A stretch of 63,734 bases of DNA, filler included, from Octopus bimaculoides (GCF_001194135.2; 8 parts of 8 records of this genome joined end to end with filler, not necessarily neighbours in it), one strand, 5' to 3'. Numbered from the whole stretch's first letter, positions 26,396 to 40,454 are shown. Notes: generated by a model not told the origin, from the letters alone. Numbers and translations are program-made.

Positions 26396-27347
26396 ATGCA
26401 CACACACACACTGAAATCTGTACACACACACATGCATACATATATATATACTGAATCTAAATTTAGCATATAGTTTACCTGTGAAGGTCTAAACTTGCTG
26501 GCCACGTTACTATCATTAATAACGGTAATAACACTTCTTTAGATATATATATATATATANNNNNNNNNNNNNNNNNNNNNNNNNNNNNNNNNNNNNNNNN
26601 NNNNNNNNNNNNNNNNNNNNNNNNNNNNNNNNNNNNNNNNNNNNNNNNNNNNNNNNNNNNNNNNNNNNNNNNNNNNNNNNNNNNNNNNNNNNNNNNNNNN
26701 NNNNNNNNNNNNNNNNNNNNNNNNNNNNNNNNNNNNNNNNNNNNNNNNNNNNNNNNNNNNNNNNNNNNNNNNNNNNNNNNNNNNNNNNNNNNNNNNNNNN
26801 NNNNNNNNNNNNNNNNNNNNNNNNNNNNNNNNNNNNNNNNNNNNNNNNNNNNNNNNNNNNNNNNNNNNNNNNNNNNNNNNNNNNNNNNNNNNNNNNNNNN
26901 NNNNNNNNNNNNNNNNNNNNNNNNNNNNNNNNNNNNNNNNNNNNNNNNNNNNNNNNNNNNNNNNNNNNNNNNNNNNNNNNNNNNNNNNNNNNNNNNNNNN
27001 NNNNNNNNNNNNNNNNNNNNNNNNNNNNNNNNNNNNNNNNNNNNNNNNNNNNNNNNNNNNNNNNNNNNNNNNNNNNNNNNNNNNNNNNNNNNNNNNNNNN
27101 NNNNNNNNNNNNNNNNNNNNNNNNNNNNNNNNNNNNNNNNNNNNNNNNNNNNNNNNNNNNNNNNNNNNNNNNNNNNNNNNNNNNNNNNNNNNNNNNNNNN
27201 NNNNNNNNNNNNNNNNNNNNNNNNNNNNNNNNNNNNNNNNNNNNNNNNNNNNNNNNNNNNNNNNNNNNNNNNNNNNNNNNNNNNNNNNNNNNNNNNNNNN
27301 NNNNNNNNNNNNNNNNNNNNNNNNNNNNNNNNNNNNNNNNNNNNNNT

Positions 27348-27686
27348 GGGCAAGTGTCTTCTACTATAGCCTCGGGCCGACCAAAGCCTTGTGAGTGGAT
27401 TTGGTAGACAGAAACTGAAAGAAGCCTGTCGCGTATATATGTATATATATATATATATGTATGTGTGTGTATATGTTTGTCTCTGTGTCCCCCCAACATC
27501 GCTTGACAACCGATGCTGGTGTGTTTACGTTCCCGTAACTTAGCGGTTCGGCTAAATAGACCGATAGAATAAGTACTAGGCTTACAAAGAATAAGTCCTG
27601 GGGTCGATTTCCTCGGCTAAAGGTGGTGCTCCAGCATGGCCGCAGTCAAATGACTGAAACAAGTAAAAGAGTAAAGAGTAAAGAGG
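27348..27686 (+). mobile_element. SINE family A (5' end lost in gap)
   Basis: Near-consensus body and tail. Confidence 0.85.
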
Positions 27687-27688
27687 AT

Positions 27689-27925
27689 TCTTTTATTCTT
27701 TTACTTGTCTCAGTTATCTGACTGTGGCCATGCCGGAGCACTGCCTTTGGTCTAACAAATCAACCCCCCGGACTTATCTTTGTAAGCCTCGTACTTATTC
27801 TGTTGGTGGTCTATTGCCGAACCACTACGTTACAGGGACGTAAACACACCAACATTGGTTATCAAGTGACGGTGGGTGGTAGGACAAACACAGACACACA
27901 ATTGCATACATACATACACACATAC

Positions 27926-27961
<36 letters not shown>

Positions 27962-28097
27962 GACGGGCTTCTTTCAGTTTCCTTCTATCAATTCCACTCG
28001 CAAGGCTTTAGTCGTCTGAGGCTATAGTAGAAGACACTTGCCCGAAACCATGTGGTTGGGAAGCAAGCTTTTTATTACACAGCCACTCTTGCGCCTA
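27689..28097 (-). mobile_element. SINE family A, tail-to-tail with the previous copy
   Basis: Reverse complement of the family A tail, (TA)n centre and head. Confidence 0.85.
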
Positions 28098-28215
28098 AGA
28101 TATATATATATANNNNNNNNNNNNNNNNNNNNNNNNNNNNNNNNNNNNNNNNNNNNNNNNNNNNNNNNNNNNNNNNNNNNNNNNNNNNNNNNNNNNNNNN
28201 NNNNNNNNNNNNNNN

Positions 28216-28266
<51 letters not shown>

Positions 28267-28559
28267 AAGAAAGAAAATAGAGATTGGGAAGTTAAAAGTT
28301 AATAATTGTTTATTATTAACTGCAAATTAATCATCATCCCTTACAGCAGTTTCAATTAATACTCGGTAAATATTAAGGAAATATAAAATTTACATGAGCT
28401 GAGCATAATATCTTCAGAGTCTGCGATACTGAAAATGAATTGAAACAGCTGTATACTAGATACTAGATATTGAATCAGTATTTCCTTGGGTGAAACCATC
28501 CCTTCATGAGGTTAACACAACCTGTAATCGAATATATATATGCGTGCGCGTGCACTCAC

Positions 28560-29446
28560 ATACTATCAAGTCAATATATCTCCTGCCGAAATGCTGTATC
28601 TTCACGATTCTGTTTTTCTTGATGTCCATGTTTTTTAGAAGACTGTACTTTCTTGTGACCTTGACCTTTAAACCCGAATTATTTGTCACCTATCCTTACC
28701 TATATTATGATTCAATGCCACTTGCTTTAAGCCACCTTTTCTCTACTCCTATATATGGTTTGTTTGGAGTTTTTCGTGGGTTGTCGACGGTATTGCACAG
28801 CCAGTAATTTGATCACCTCTGCTGTACCTGGGTTTTTTCCCCGAAGTAAGTACGTAGCCCCAGGAACACTAAATCATCCCAGTCATTGATGGAGACGCCA
28901 CGAAGGAAGGGCAAATAAATACATTTCACGCATCCATGGAGCCGAATGGGGATGCCAGTTATTGGCTAAGTATAGCCGTACATATATGCCTTTGTGCCCT
29001 CACTCCAGATTTACTGTAAGGGATTGTTCCCTTGGCCGTTTGTAAACGCTCATCAAATTACCCTAGAGGGCAGCAGGGGTTTATCATTATAATAGTTATT
29101 TTTGTGTAGAGTCAGTACCAGTGTCTTGTCCTTCAAACTTGCATTGGTCTGGTGCAAGAAATACTACGAGCCCAGTAGTTATCAGGGTGCGGGGTTTGTA
29201 TTGAGTTACCTTCTCTTTGATGAGTAGTTAAATTGCTGAAGGACCTGATCTGTACTGAGTTTGTTGGGGTGTCTGTCAGTGACTTTCATTAAGGGTGATT
29301 CCGTGACTCGTTAATCGAACTATATTTGAGACCCTGCTTTTGCTACTATTCAGTGTCAGAGTGGAAGTGGACATGGTAACAATGGTGGGTACTAAGAATT
29401 GATTCCACACTCTCAAAGCCCTGTAACTCCTAAAACTGAACCCCCG

Positions 29447-29450
<4 letters not shown>
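28560..29450 (-). mobile_element. Possible LINE 5' region and start of AP endonuclease (decayed)
   Basis: Minus translation ends LLKNMDIKKNRIVKIQHFGRRYIDLIVCE, weakly like the N..R.....EL...F....IDI...QE start of RTE endonucleases; GC-richer than the flanks. Confidence 0.3.
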
Positions 29451-29486
<36 letters not shown>

Positions 29487-29875
29487 TGTGTGGTATACAT
29501 ATAAATAATACAGAATGGGACAAGATCGCAAAACAACCAGACAGTTTAGGTGATACAAGAAAGGGACACAACATACAGACAGACGATACAAAGAAAACAC
29601 GGACAAGTCATTCGGAGTTTTCTATCTTCAGTCGAGACCCAGATTATCCTTGCAATTTCGGCTGGTTATTCTCGATATTGCTCCAATCTGGCCAGCTCCA
29701 AGGAAAACGTAAGCTAAGAGCATTAGATTCCTTGGAAGAAAACAGCGAATGTATACAAAAACAAGGACAAAAAAAAAAACGAACAATGTTGCACAAATAC
29801 AATAGGAATAATAACGGGACATAACAACAGATGTCTTTCGGCTGGACGAATAAAATTAAGCTGGCGTATATGGAA

Positions 29876-30278
29876 ATAAGGCCCAACCACTTGATTTTGG
29901 GTTCAGTCCCACTGCGTGGGACCTTGGACGTGTGTGTTCTACTATAGCCTCAGGCCCATTAAAGCCTTTCCAGAGAATTTCTTAAACGGAAAGTGAAAGA
30001 AGACCATCGTATACACATTCATATAAATATGTGTGTGTGTCCGTCTGTTTGTAAGTGTGTGTGTCTTTGTCTCTGTCTGTTCTTCTCGCCAACGTCGCTT
30101 GAAAACCGGTGTTGGCATGTTTAGGCCCTCGTAACCTAGCGGTTTGGCAAAATAGGTAAATAGATTGGATACTAGGCTTTAAAAAATAACAAGTACTGGG
30201 ATCGATTCATTTGACAAAAAATTCTTCAAGGCAGTATCCTAGCATGAGCACAGACTGTTGACTGAAACAAATAAAAGA
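29876..30278 (+). mobile_element. SINE family A
   Basis: Head, (TG)n centre and tail. Confidence 0.8.
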
Positions 30279-31048
30279 TGTGTGTGTGTGTATATATATA
30301 TATATATNNNNNNNNNNNNNNNNNNNNNNNNNNNNNNNNNNNNNNNNNNNNNNNNNNNNNNNNNNNNNNNNNNNNNNNNNNNNNNNNNNNNNNNNNNNNN
30401 NNNNNNNNNNNNNNNNNNNNNNNNNNNNNNNNNNNNNNNNNNNNNNNNNNNNNNNNNNNNNNNNNNNNNNNNNNNNNNNNNNNNNNNNNNNNNNNNNNNN
30501 NNNNNNNNNNNNNNNNNNNNNNNNNNNNNNNNNNNNNNNNNNNNNNNNNNNNNNNNNNNNNNNNNNNNNNNNNNNNNNNNNNNNNNNNNNNNNNNNNNNN
30601 NNNNNNNNNNNNNNNNNNNNNNNNNNNNNNNNNNNNNNNNNNNNNNNNNNNNNNNNNNNNNNNNNNNNNNNNNNNNNNNNNNNNNNNNNNNNNNNNNNNN
30701 NNNNNNNNNNNNNNNNNNNNNNNNNNNNNNNNNNNNNNNNNNNNNNNNNNNNNNNNNNNNNNNNNNNNNNNNNNNNNNNNNNNNNNNNNNNNNNNNNNNN
30801 NNNNNNNNNNNNNNNNNNNNNNNNNNNNNNNNNNNNNNNNNNNNNNNNNNNNNNNNNNNNNNNNNNNNNNNNNNNNNNNNNNNNNNNNNNNNNNNNNNNN
30901 NNNNNNNNNNNNNNNNNNNNNNNNNNNNNNNNNNNNNNNNNNNNNNNNNNNNNNNNNNNNNNNNNNNNNNNNNNNNNNNNNNNNNNNNNNNNNNNNNNNN
31001 NNNNNNNNNNNNNNNNNNNNNNNNNNNNNNNNNNNNNNNNNNNNNNNN

Positions 31049-31083
<35 letters not shown>

Positions 31084-33402
31084 GCCTATCTGTCTGTCTT
31101 GTTTGTGTGGGTGTAAGTATGTGTAATAAAATTAAAAGTCTAAGAAAAGCAGAATCGAAGGCGAGTCGTGGTGGTCTGCGTCAGCAAAAGAAATCTATAA
31201 TAATCTGCTACGCTATTCATATGTAATATAACTATAGAACAAAATCGAAGACCTAATTTTTTTTTTATATACAAAGCATACTGTCCCTAAGATATTTAAC
31301 TATAAATAACTGTTTGTTTATCATTTATACATTCGCCAGCATATTTGTGTGTTTAAGAAGGTTGCTTCGCAAACACGTGATTTTGAGTTCAGTCTTCACT
31401 TTCGTCAAATATATTCTTCTGTATTTTTGGGCCGACAAATTCCTTTTGATTTGAAACTCGTCGTGTATTCGTTTGCGGTTGTCTCTCACCCTTTGATCGT
31501 CAGTGTTAGAATATTCATATACCCTTTAACTAGCAGTTCTGGAAAACGAGAACAATAGAATAATACCAGGCTGAAAATAAAATACAGGAAGCGATTTGAC
31601 TAAGCTCCTTAAGACGGTGCCTCAGCATGACTGAAAGTTAATGCCTGGGACAATTAAAAGAATACGCATACGTGCATGTGCTTTAATAATACATTTTTTA
31701 AGCATCCATAGCTTATTTAGATATTTACATTACTTCGTTGATAGGGAATCTGAGTTCGAGCCTAGCCATAAGCAGTCTGTATGGTTGCATTTCTATTTGT
31801 TTAAACAGTGCTAACTTAGTCATACCGTAACAAAATAATATTATAGGAAAATTATATTTTCGATTTAATCCTATTTTTCAAATGTTTACTCTAGAAGCAT
31901 TATTTTTCTTGACATTTTCAATAGTTTTCATAACACTGACGTAACAGCGTTACTGAGATTATTGAAAGAGAAGTAAACCAGTATTATCTCGTAGACAGTT
32001 GTATGTAGCTCTTTCTGAAGTGAGTCTAGTCTTTGACGTAAATATAAAAGTAGTAGATGACAGTTATTAAAGTAGGACAGATGACAAGTGTACAACAAAG
32101 AATATAATTTTCAAAGAGATCATCTCCTAGGACTACATATTCAGTACTACCTATGTGGAATTTATGCCATCTCAAGTATCAAACTATTGAAAAATATGCA
32201 CAATCATATAGTACACAAATTAAATGCAGAATTTCCACGGAGAAAGTTTTATGAAAGTAAGAGCATTCATGAAAAAAAAAATGCCATTCTTACAGAAAGT
32301 TACTTTGTTCGACATATAATACGGAGAGGACGCATGAAAGCTTTCCCACAGCAATATAAAAATATATGCGATTTTACTGTTATGTATGAATAGACATTTA
32401 TGCATGAATACATTCATACGCAAACGCACATGTACACACGCACACACACACATGTATATATCATGTGTGTGTGTGTGTGTGTGTGCGTGTGTGTAATAGT
32501 CATAAGGATTCTTTAAGACCCAAGGCACACCAACATGTAAGACTCCAGAAAATGGTTTGCTACAAACACATACAGTTCGCGTTGAAATAAAGCGATTCTG
32601 CAGACTTCAAGTGCTGGCAGAATAACGTCAGATATGCGAGTACCATTTCCAATTTGTAACCATCGATCCGATTCATCAGCAGATCTTAGGTATGGCATAG
32701 GTATAAAATAGCAAACACGAATGGAGTATAAAGTTTACGACAGCTGCTCTGACAGAATTTTACGTAATTCAGTCGTAAAAGATAAAGTCATAACATACAA
32801 AAATTTTAAATATGTAAGATTTTAAACAGTTGACTTGGACATAAGCAACATGTGGTGGGCTCGACTGTTAAAATCTCACCTGTTTAAAGTTTTATCTGAT
32901 GATGGTATATTGTTTATTATGCTGTAATCTTTTACATTACATAAAATTTTACTGAAACGGCAAGCGTAAATTTTAAACGCCATTCGTGTTTACTACTAAT
33001 GTATATATATATATACTAGCAGAGATACCTGGAGTTGCTCGGGATTAAAATAGGATACTTTTTTATTGTCTTGCTTGTTTTTGTCATGTGACTGCGGCCA
33101 TGCTACAGCACCACCTTTAGTCGAACAAATCGACACCAGGATTTATTCTTTGTAAGCCTAGTACTTATTCTATCGATTTGTTTTGCCAAACGGCTAAGTT
33201 ACGGGGAAGTAAACGCAGCAAAATTGGTTGTCAAACGATGGTGAGGGTACAAACACAGACACACACAGATATATAAATATATATATATATATATATACAT
33301 ATNNNNNNNNNNNNNNNNNNNNNNNNNNNNNNNNNNNNNNNNNNNNTTAATTAATTAANNNNNNNNNNNNNNNNNNNNNNNNNNNNNNNNNNNNNNNNNN
33401 NN

Positions 33403-33434
<32 letters not shown>

Positions 33435-33711
33435 TATATAAATGTATACATACATATAAGAGACAAAGTGTATGTATACACATATGCATATATACATATG
33501 AACATGTATATGTGCATATGCATGTATATACATATTGTTTCTGTTATGCAAAAGTGTCGTAAGTCCAAAACGTTGCTCTTTCAGAAAATGAAAAAATGAT
33601 TTCACTATTTCATCGCAAAACCGTTTTAACTACACTTTGACAATTTTTGATATCTCGGCATCTGAAGCAGCAGGAGATACGATAGTTTGACCAAAAGAAC
33701 CGGCTATTACA

Positions 33712-34092
33712 AGCGAGGAGTGGCTGTGTGGTAAGTATCTTGCTTACCAACCACATAGCTCCGGGTTCAGTTCCAATGCGTGGCATCTTGAACAAGTGTC
33801 TTCTATTATAGCTTTGGGCCGACCAAAGCCTTGTGAGTGGAGTTTGGTAGACGGAATCTGAAAGAAGTATATGTTTGTGTGTCTGTGTTTGTCCCTCCAC
33901 CATCAATTGACAACCGATGTTGGTGTGTTTACGTCCCCATAACTTAGCGGTTCGGCCAAAGACACCGTTAGAATAAGTACTAGCCTTACAAAGAATAAGT
34001 CCTGGGTCGATTTGTTGGACTAAAGGCGGTGCTCCAGCATGACCGCAGTCAAATGACTGAAACAAATAAAAGAATAAAAGAATAAAAGAATT
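33712..34092 (+). mobile_element. SINE family A (an opposite-strand tail half lies at about 33065-33270)
   Basis: Near-consensus copy ending (AAAAGAAT)n. Confidence 0.85.
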
Positions 34093-34199
34093 GAACGTAC
34101 CTTGCCAAATCTGGACATACGACACTTTTGACATAACTTACCACCAATTTATGTCTTCATATAATGTATAAATATGTATATATGTATACATGCATACAC

Positions 34200-34261
<62 letters not shown>

Positions 34262-34274
34262 GTATTGTGAGTGT

Positions 34275-34607
34275 TGTACGCAGAGGAGCACTCCGTCGGT
34301 TATGACGACGAGGGTTCCATCTGATCCGATCAACGGAACAGCCTGCTCGTGAAGTTAACTTGCAAGTGGCTGAGCAATCCACAGACACGTGTACCCCTAA
34401 CGTAGTTCTCAGGGAGACTCAGCGTGACACATAGCGTGACAAGGCCGGCCCTTTCAAATACAGGTACTACCCATTTTTCCAGCTGAGTGGACTGGAGCAA
34501 CGTGAAATAAAGTGTCTTGCTCAAGGACACAACGCGTCGCCGGGAGTCGAACTCACGACCTTACGATAGTGAGCCGAATGCCCCAACCACTGAGCCACGC
34601 GCCTTCA
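34275..34607 (-). mobile_element. SINE with family-B head/core and family-C tail
   Basis: Minus head GGCGCGTGGCTCAGTGGTTGGGGC..GAGTTCGACTCCC and core TTGAGCAAGACACTTTATTTCACGTTGCTCCAGTCCACTCAGCTG, then the tail shared with 7971-8150 and 41960-42122. Confidence 0.8.
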
Positions 34608-35541
34608 CAGGCGCATAATAACGAGGTGGTGGTGTTAAAAAGTCGGACTTATTAAGTCTCTTACAGTGAGTCATGTACGACTCATTATCCAACAACTGCG
34701 ACACTGTGGGTAGGTGGCGGGGAGGAGGTCGCGTAATTTGGTAAACGTAATCCGGCATTGGAATTTCGAAGGCCGCTCGAAAGACACTTACACAATCCGA
34801 TGCTAACGTGGGATCGAAACCTTGACCCGTCCTATCTACTATCTCTGCCTTGGGATCTGCTTACAGATGTTGCACATCAGTATTTGCCACCAGCTGTCGC
34901 TTTCAGACAAGCTGGAAAGGAGGACCACAATAAGTGTTGCTTGGTCAAGGATCACATCAACAATTACAAAACAAAAGAAAAACAAAATGCTCTCAGCAAT
35001 ACAACAAACAACATGCAAAGACTGTGGACCCCTTCCAATCCCCCACCTCCCCTCTCCACACACACACGCACGCACAGTCAAAGAAGAAAGCAGTTAAAGC
35101 GCCACCATGTTTGATTCTCCCCAGCTGTTGTTCGTTCTTACTCGCAAGAAGTACCAGCCACACGCCTGACACGCCACCAAGTCTATTTCTCTCGCTGAGA
35201 CACACGTTGATTTTTTTGTTGTTTCTCCCTGTAAGCGATCCGTTACGGCACACATTTTCTTTTCGATTCGTTTACATCATCTCCCATCACCTCGTATCAC
35301 ACTCACATTACCCGACGTCACTAATTTACTTCGACTAAAGAGTTTAATGGATCCAATTCATTCCAGAATGTACCACGCCATTTATCGATCGCCATAACAA
35401 ATTAACAATACAGAGTATATTTCGGTTTTTGTATTCGATTTGTAAGATTCTTGATCTGCACACTCGATGTTGAAACAGATTTTGGTGTATCTCGTGAGAG
35501 ACATTACGCCATTAATAAACATGCACGCTTACTTCATATTT

Positions 35542-35682
<141 letters not shown>

Positions 35683-37354
35683 TCCAAGGCGGCGAGCTGG
35701 CAGAATCGCAAGCACGCTGGAGAAAATGCTTAGCGGNNNNNNNNNNNNNNNNNNNNNNNNNNNNNNNNNNNNNNNNNNNNNNNNNNNNNNNNNNNNNNNN
35801 NNNNNNNNNNNNNNNNNNNNNNNNNNNNNNNNNNNNNNNNNNNNNNNNNNNNNNNNNNNNNNNNNNNNNNNNNNNNNNNNNNNNNNNNNNNNNNNNNNNN
35901 NNNNNNNNNNNNNNNNNNNNNNNNNNNNNNNNNNNNNNNNNNNNNNNNNNNNNNNNNNNNNNNNNNNNNNNNNNNNNNNNNNNNNNNNNNNNNNNNNNNN
36001 NNNNNNNNNNNNNNNNNNNNNNNNNNNNNNNNNNNNNNNNNNNNNNNNNNNNNNNNNNNNNNNNNNNNNNNNNNNNNNNNNNNNNNNNNNNNNNNNNNNN
36101 NNNNNNNNNNNNNNNNNNNNNNNNNNNNNNNNNNNNNNNNNNNNNNNNNNNNNNNNNNNNNNNNNNNNNNNNTATATATATATATGTATGTATGTATGTA
36201 TGTATTTGTGTGTCTGTTTGTATCCCCCCACCGTCGCTTGGCAACCGATGCTGGTGTATTTACGATCCCGTAACTTAGCGCGTCAGCAAAAGAGACCGAT
36301 AGAATAAGTATTAGGCTTACAAAGAATAAGTCTTGGGGGTCGATTTCTTCGACTAAAACTCTTTAAGGCGGTGCTCCAGCATGGCCGCAGTCAACTAACT
36401 GAAACGAGGAAAAGAAAAAAGAATTAAAAGTGTGATGAGGTCATTCAAAACGAAATTTGTTATGGCGAATTTTCCAACGAAATTTCAACGAATTTTCTCA
36501 TAACTGTGTATCACGTGATACATAGGAGCGGTAAAAGAGTTAAGATAATTTGTACTTTGAGTCAGTTGCTCGGTTTTATAACAAAATATCCGAACACTGA
36601 CTTTTGAAAAATTAATTTTCACAAACATAGAAAAGATAAATTTATTTCTATTCGTCGAATCTATAAACGATTCCACTAAAATGTGCAAAAAACATATATA
36701 AAATTAAATTAAAATGAAAATGAAAATATCCTTCTTCTATTTCATTTTATATATCACAAATATCGAGAGGGGAAAAAGATATTATCTGTTAAAAAAAAAA
36801 AGAGAGAAAAAAAGCTAAAAAAATATCGAAAAGAGACAAAAATCTGAATGTTTTTCATTGAGTAGGTTGTAAATGGATCGTTAGGAAGAACTGAAGAGAA
36901 TGGAAGACATAAAGCAGAATAAATGTCTTCCATGGAACACTGGAATTGACATAACGTCTTTGAACAAAGACATTTCTCTACAGTAGTTAAAGAATAGCTT
37001 CTAACTGGCTTTCCAAACATGGAATAACAGTGGAAGCAACAGAGCGTGTTGTCTCTTCAAAGGTAAAAATCTAAGGGTTATTAGCTATTACCGGGTATAA
37101 TAGGTTAACTGTGAGAAAACAACTTTAGAAATATCGCTTCTTCATAGAGCAAGGATGAATAGAATGACCTGCGGTGAACCCTGTGAACGAGAGAGAGAGA
37201 GAGCGAGAGAAAGAGAGAAAGAGAGAAAATAGCTACGACTATAAACTAACGCAAGGTGATGGCACTTTTATATAAATGGGAGGTCGTTAAAGCCTGGTAA
37301 ATAATTATGTTATTTCGTTTTTGTATTCGGTATTTGGTATTTGATGTGAATTCG

Positions 37355-37700
37355 CTTGTTGAAACAAAACCTTTTGTGTCTTGCGAGGGTCACTACGCCA
37401 ATGGTAACACATGCACTGGTTCAATATCACTTCTTTATTGTTAGTAACTTTTTTTTAAATATCTCAGAGCCGACCATGGGGGGAGAGGGCAAGTCACTGA
37501 GAAGATCGCGAATGGCGACGAAAAGACTGACAGACAACCGATTGACTGCTTAACCGGCACATTCAACAAACGATCGCTTAGTTAGTTAGATATTTAAGAG
37601 ATTGACTAACAATAAAGAAGTGATATTGAATCAGTGCGTGTGTTATTATCATTGGTGTAATGATCCTCCCATGGCACAAAAGAATTATATGCTACTTAAC
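37355..37700. mobile_element. Fold-back MITE with TIRs of about 80-100 bp; a second right end lies at about 44235-44330
   Basis: Left GGGTCACTACGCCAATGGTAACACATGCACTGGTTCAATATCACTTCTTTATTGTTAGT (37387-37445) is the inverse of right ACTAACAATAAAGAAGTGATATTGAATCAGTGCGTGTG..TGATCC (37605-37666). Confidence 0.75.
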
Positions 37701-37834
37701 TTGATATTTTTATCAAGAATATTTGAAAAAAAAAAAAGATTGAAAATAAGTAATGATCTATTGTAAAAGTTGGTTACCGATTCTACAAAGAGGTCGTTAT
37801 AGATACATATATAAGATGTTGCTATGCATAGATA

Positions 37835-38480
37835 TTCTTTTCTACTCCAGGCACAAGGCCTGAAATTTTGGGGGATGAGGCCAGTCGATTAGATCGACCT
37901 CAGTACGCAAATGGTACTTAATTTATCGACCCCGAAAAGATGAAAGGCAAAGTCGACCTCGGCAGAATTTGAACTCAGAACGTAAAAACTGCTAAGCATT
38001 TCGTCCGGCGTGCTAACGTTTCTGCCAGCTCGCTGCCTTTGCTATGCATAAATATTGGAAGGGTCGTCATACAGCCCTGGTGAGGCCCTAATAAAGGTCA
38101 AAACTCGCTTAAACATTTTTCTTTTAATTCTTTCAGTCATTAGCGGCCATACTGTGGCACCTCCTTGAAGACTTTTTAGTCAAATGGATCAACCCCGGTA
38201 CTTAGCATTTTTACAGTCCTGTACTTATTCTATCGGTCTGTTTCGCCGAACCGCTAGGTTACGAGGACGTACACACGTACAAGTCAAGCAATTTCAGGGC
38301 AGGGGCTAATAGATTAAATCGATCCCAGGGCCCAACTGGTGATTGTTTTATCAATCCTAAGACGATGAAAGGCAAAGTCGGCCGCGAGGGAATTTTCAGA
38401 TAAGAACGGAAAGAGAAAGAAGAAATACCGCTAAGCATTTTGTCCGACGCGCTAACAATTCTTCTAGCTCAATGCCTTTC
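37835..38480 (-). mobile_element. Cluster of SINEs (family D, family A tail, family D)
   Basis: Homology to the other D and A copies in the window. Confidence 0.7.
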
Positions 38481-40454
38481 CAAAAGACCATATCATAACA
38501 AAAAGATAGCAAGTGGAATAAACAAACAAAGCAGACAATGTCTGGGGCAAATTGATAAGGTTGGGGACGTGTTTGTTAAGACAAAAGAAATGAGAAGAAA
38601 ACCCGGTGTGATATCATAAGGAAAGATAAAACACCAGCAATATGGCGGAGATGTGTAAACATCTTTGAGTTTTAAACCAAAGAAACGATTCAGAACTGCA
38701 AACTAGCAATGAGGGAAAATAACAAACAAAAAACTGGCGACGATGAGATAACATTACGATTTACATTTTGCTCGATAAAAATATATATATGATACCGTGT
38801 ATATGGTGGGGTGGTGTATATATATATATATATATNNNNNNNNNNNNNNNNNNNNNNNNNNNNNNNNNNNNNNNNNNNNNNNNNNNNNNNNNNNNNNNNN
38901 NNNNNNNNNNNNNNNNNNNNNNNNNNNNNNNNNNNNNNNNNNNNNNNNNNNNNNNNNNNNNNNNNNNNNNNNNNNNNNNNNNNNNNNNNNNNNNNNNNNN
39001 NNNNNNNNNNNNNNNNNNNNNNNNNNNNNNNNNNNNNNNNNNNNNNNNNNNNNNNNNNNNNNNNNNNNNNNNNNNNNNNNNNNNNNNNNNNNNNNNNNNN
39101 NNNNNNNNNNNNNNNNNNNNNNNNNNNNNNNNNNNNNNNNNNNNNNNNNNNNNNNNNNNNNNNNNNNNNNNNNNNNNNNNNNNNNNNNNNNNNNNNNNNN
39201 NNNNNNNNNNNNNNNNNNNNNNNNNNNNNNNNNNNNNNNNNNNNNNNNNNNNNNNNNNNNNNNNNNNNNNNNNNNNNNNNNNNNNNNNNNNNNNNNNNNN
39301 NNNNNNNNNNNNNNNNNNNNNNNNNNNNNNNNNNNNNNNNNNNNNNNNNNNNNNNNNNNNNNNNNNNNNNNNNNNNNNNNNNNNNNNNNNNNNNNNNNNN
39401 NNNNNNNNNNNNNNNNNNNNNNNNNNNNNNNNNNNNNNNNNNNNNNNNNNNNNNNNNNNNNNNNNNNNNNNNNNNNNNNNNNNNNNNNNNNNNNNNNNNN
39501 NNNNNNNNNNNNNNNNNNNNNNNNNNNNNNNNNNNNNNNNNNNNNNNNNNNNNNNNNNNNNNNNNNNNNNNNNNNNNNNNNNNNNNNNNNNNNNNNNNNN
39601 NNNNNNNNNNNNNNNNNNNNNNNNNNNNNNNNNNNNNNNNNNNNNNNNNNNNNNNNNNNNNNNNNNNNNNNNNNNNNNNNNNNNNNNNNNNNNNNNNNNN
39701 NNNNNNNNNNNNNNNNNNNNNNNNNNNNNNNNNNNNNNNNNNNNNNNNNNNNNNNNNTATGTATATATACGTGTGTGAATGTATGTATATTATGTATGCA
39801 TGTACGTACGTATGTATGCATGTATGTATGTTTATATGCATAAGTGTTGTTCACTATATTGAAGCCAATATTGGGGTATTATATATCTGTGGAATATATT
39901 CTTTGAAGGGGAATATAAAAGAGGGGTTGATGGGAATGATACTATCAAAATTTATATCTTGTATTTAATAAAACAAAACATAGACAGATACCAGCCATGT
40001 ATGTATTCAATGGTGGAACCTGTGGTAAGTTCATAGATCTTCTAGAAATAACAGTCAAATTTCTTTTATGTTATTACACTTAGCGTGTTGGCTGCTTGTA
40101 CGAGGTTGCATGAAGCCAATACAGGTTGTTTCATGTCCGGGCAAAAGTAACAGCCATGTCAGTGACAAAAATAGCAACCACATTGATTTAACTCTTTGAA
40201 AGTGCTTTGTGGGGAGTCCACCAAGCTCTGAAAGTAACAACTATCATCGCCGCTCACGCATTGAGAGAAGATTACCAAAGTGAAGCGCGACAAATTATAA
40301 CTCTTACATTTCTCTGCAATCGGGCAGGTACACAACCGGATGAACACAGTTGTGTCATGGATACATGCGTGGGTGGGATTTTATAGCAGCAGCGTAAACA
40401 AGACTGTGTGCCGCCTGGGACGGGCCTTGAGTTTGTCATTCTCTCTCCTCCAAC

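Noticed and set aside
29595-29645. Minus-strand CTGAAGA..CGAA hammerhead-like relic
   Set aside because: Stems I-III do not pair and A15.1/U16.1 are missing; at best a decayed Penelope-type terminal repeat.
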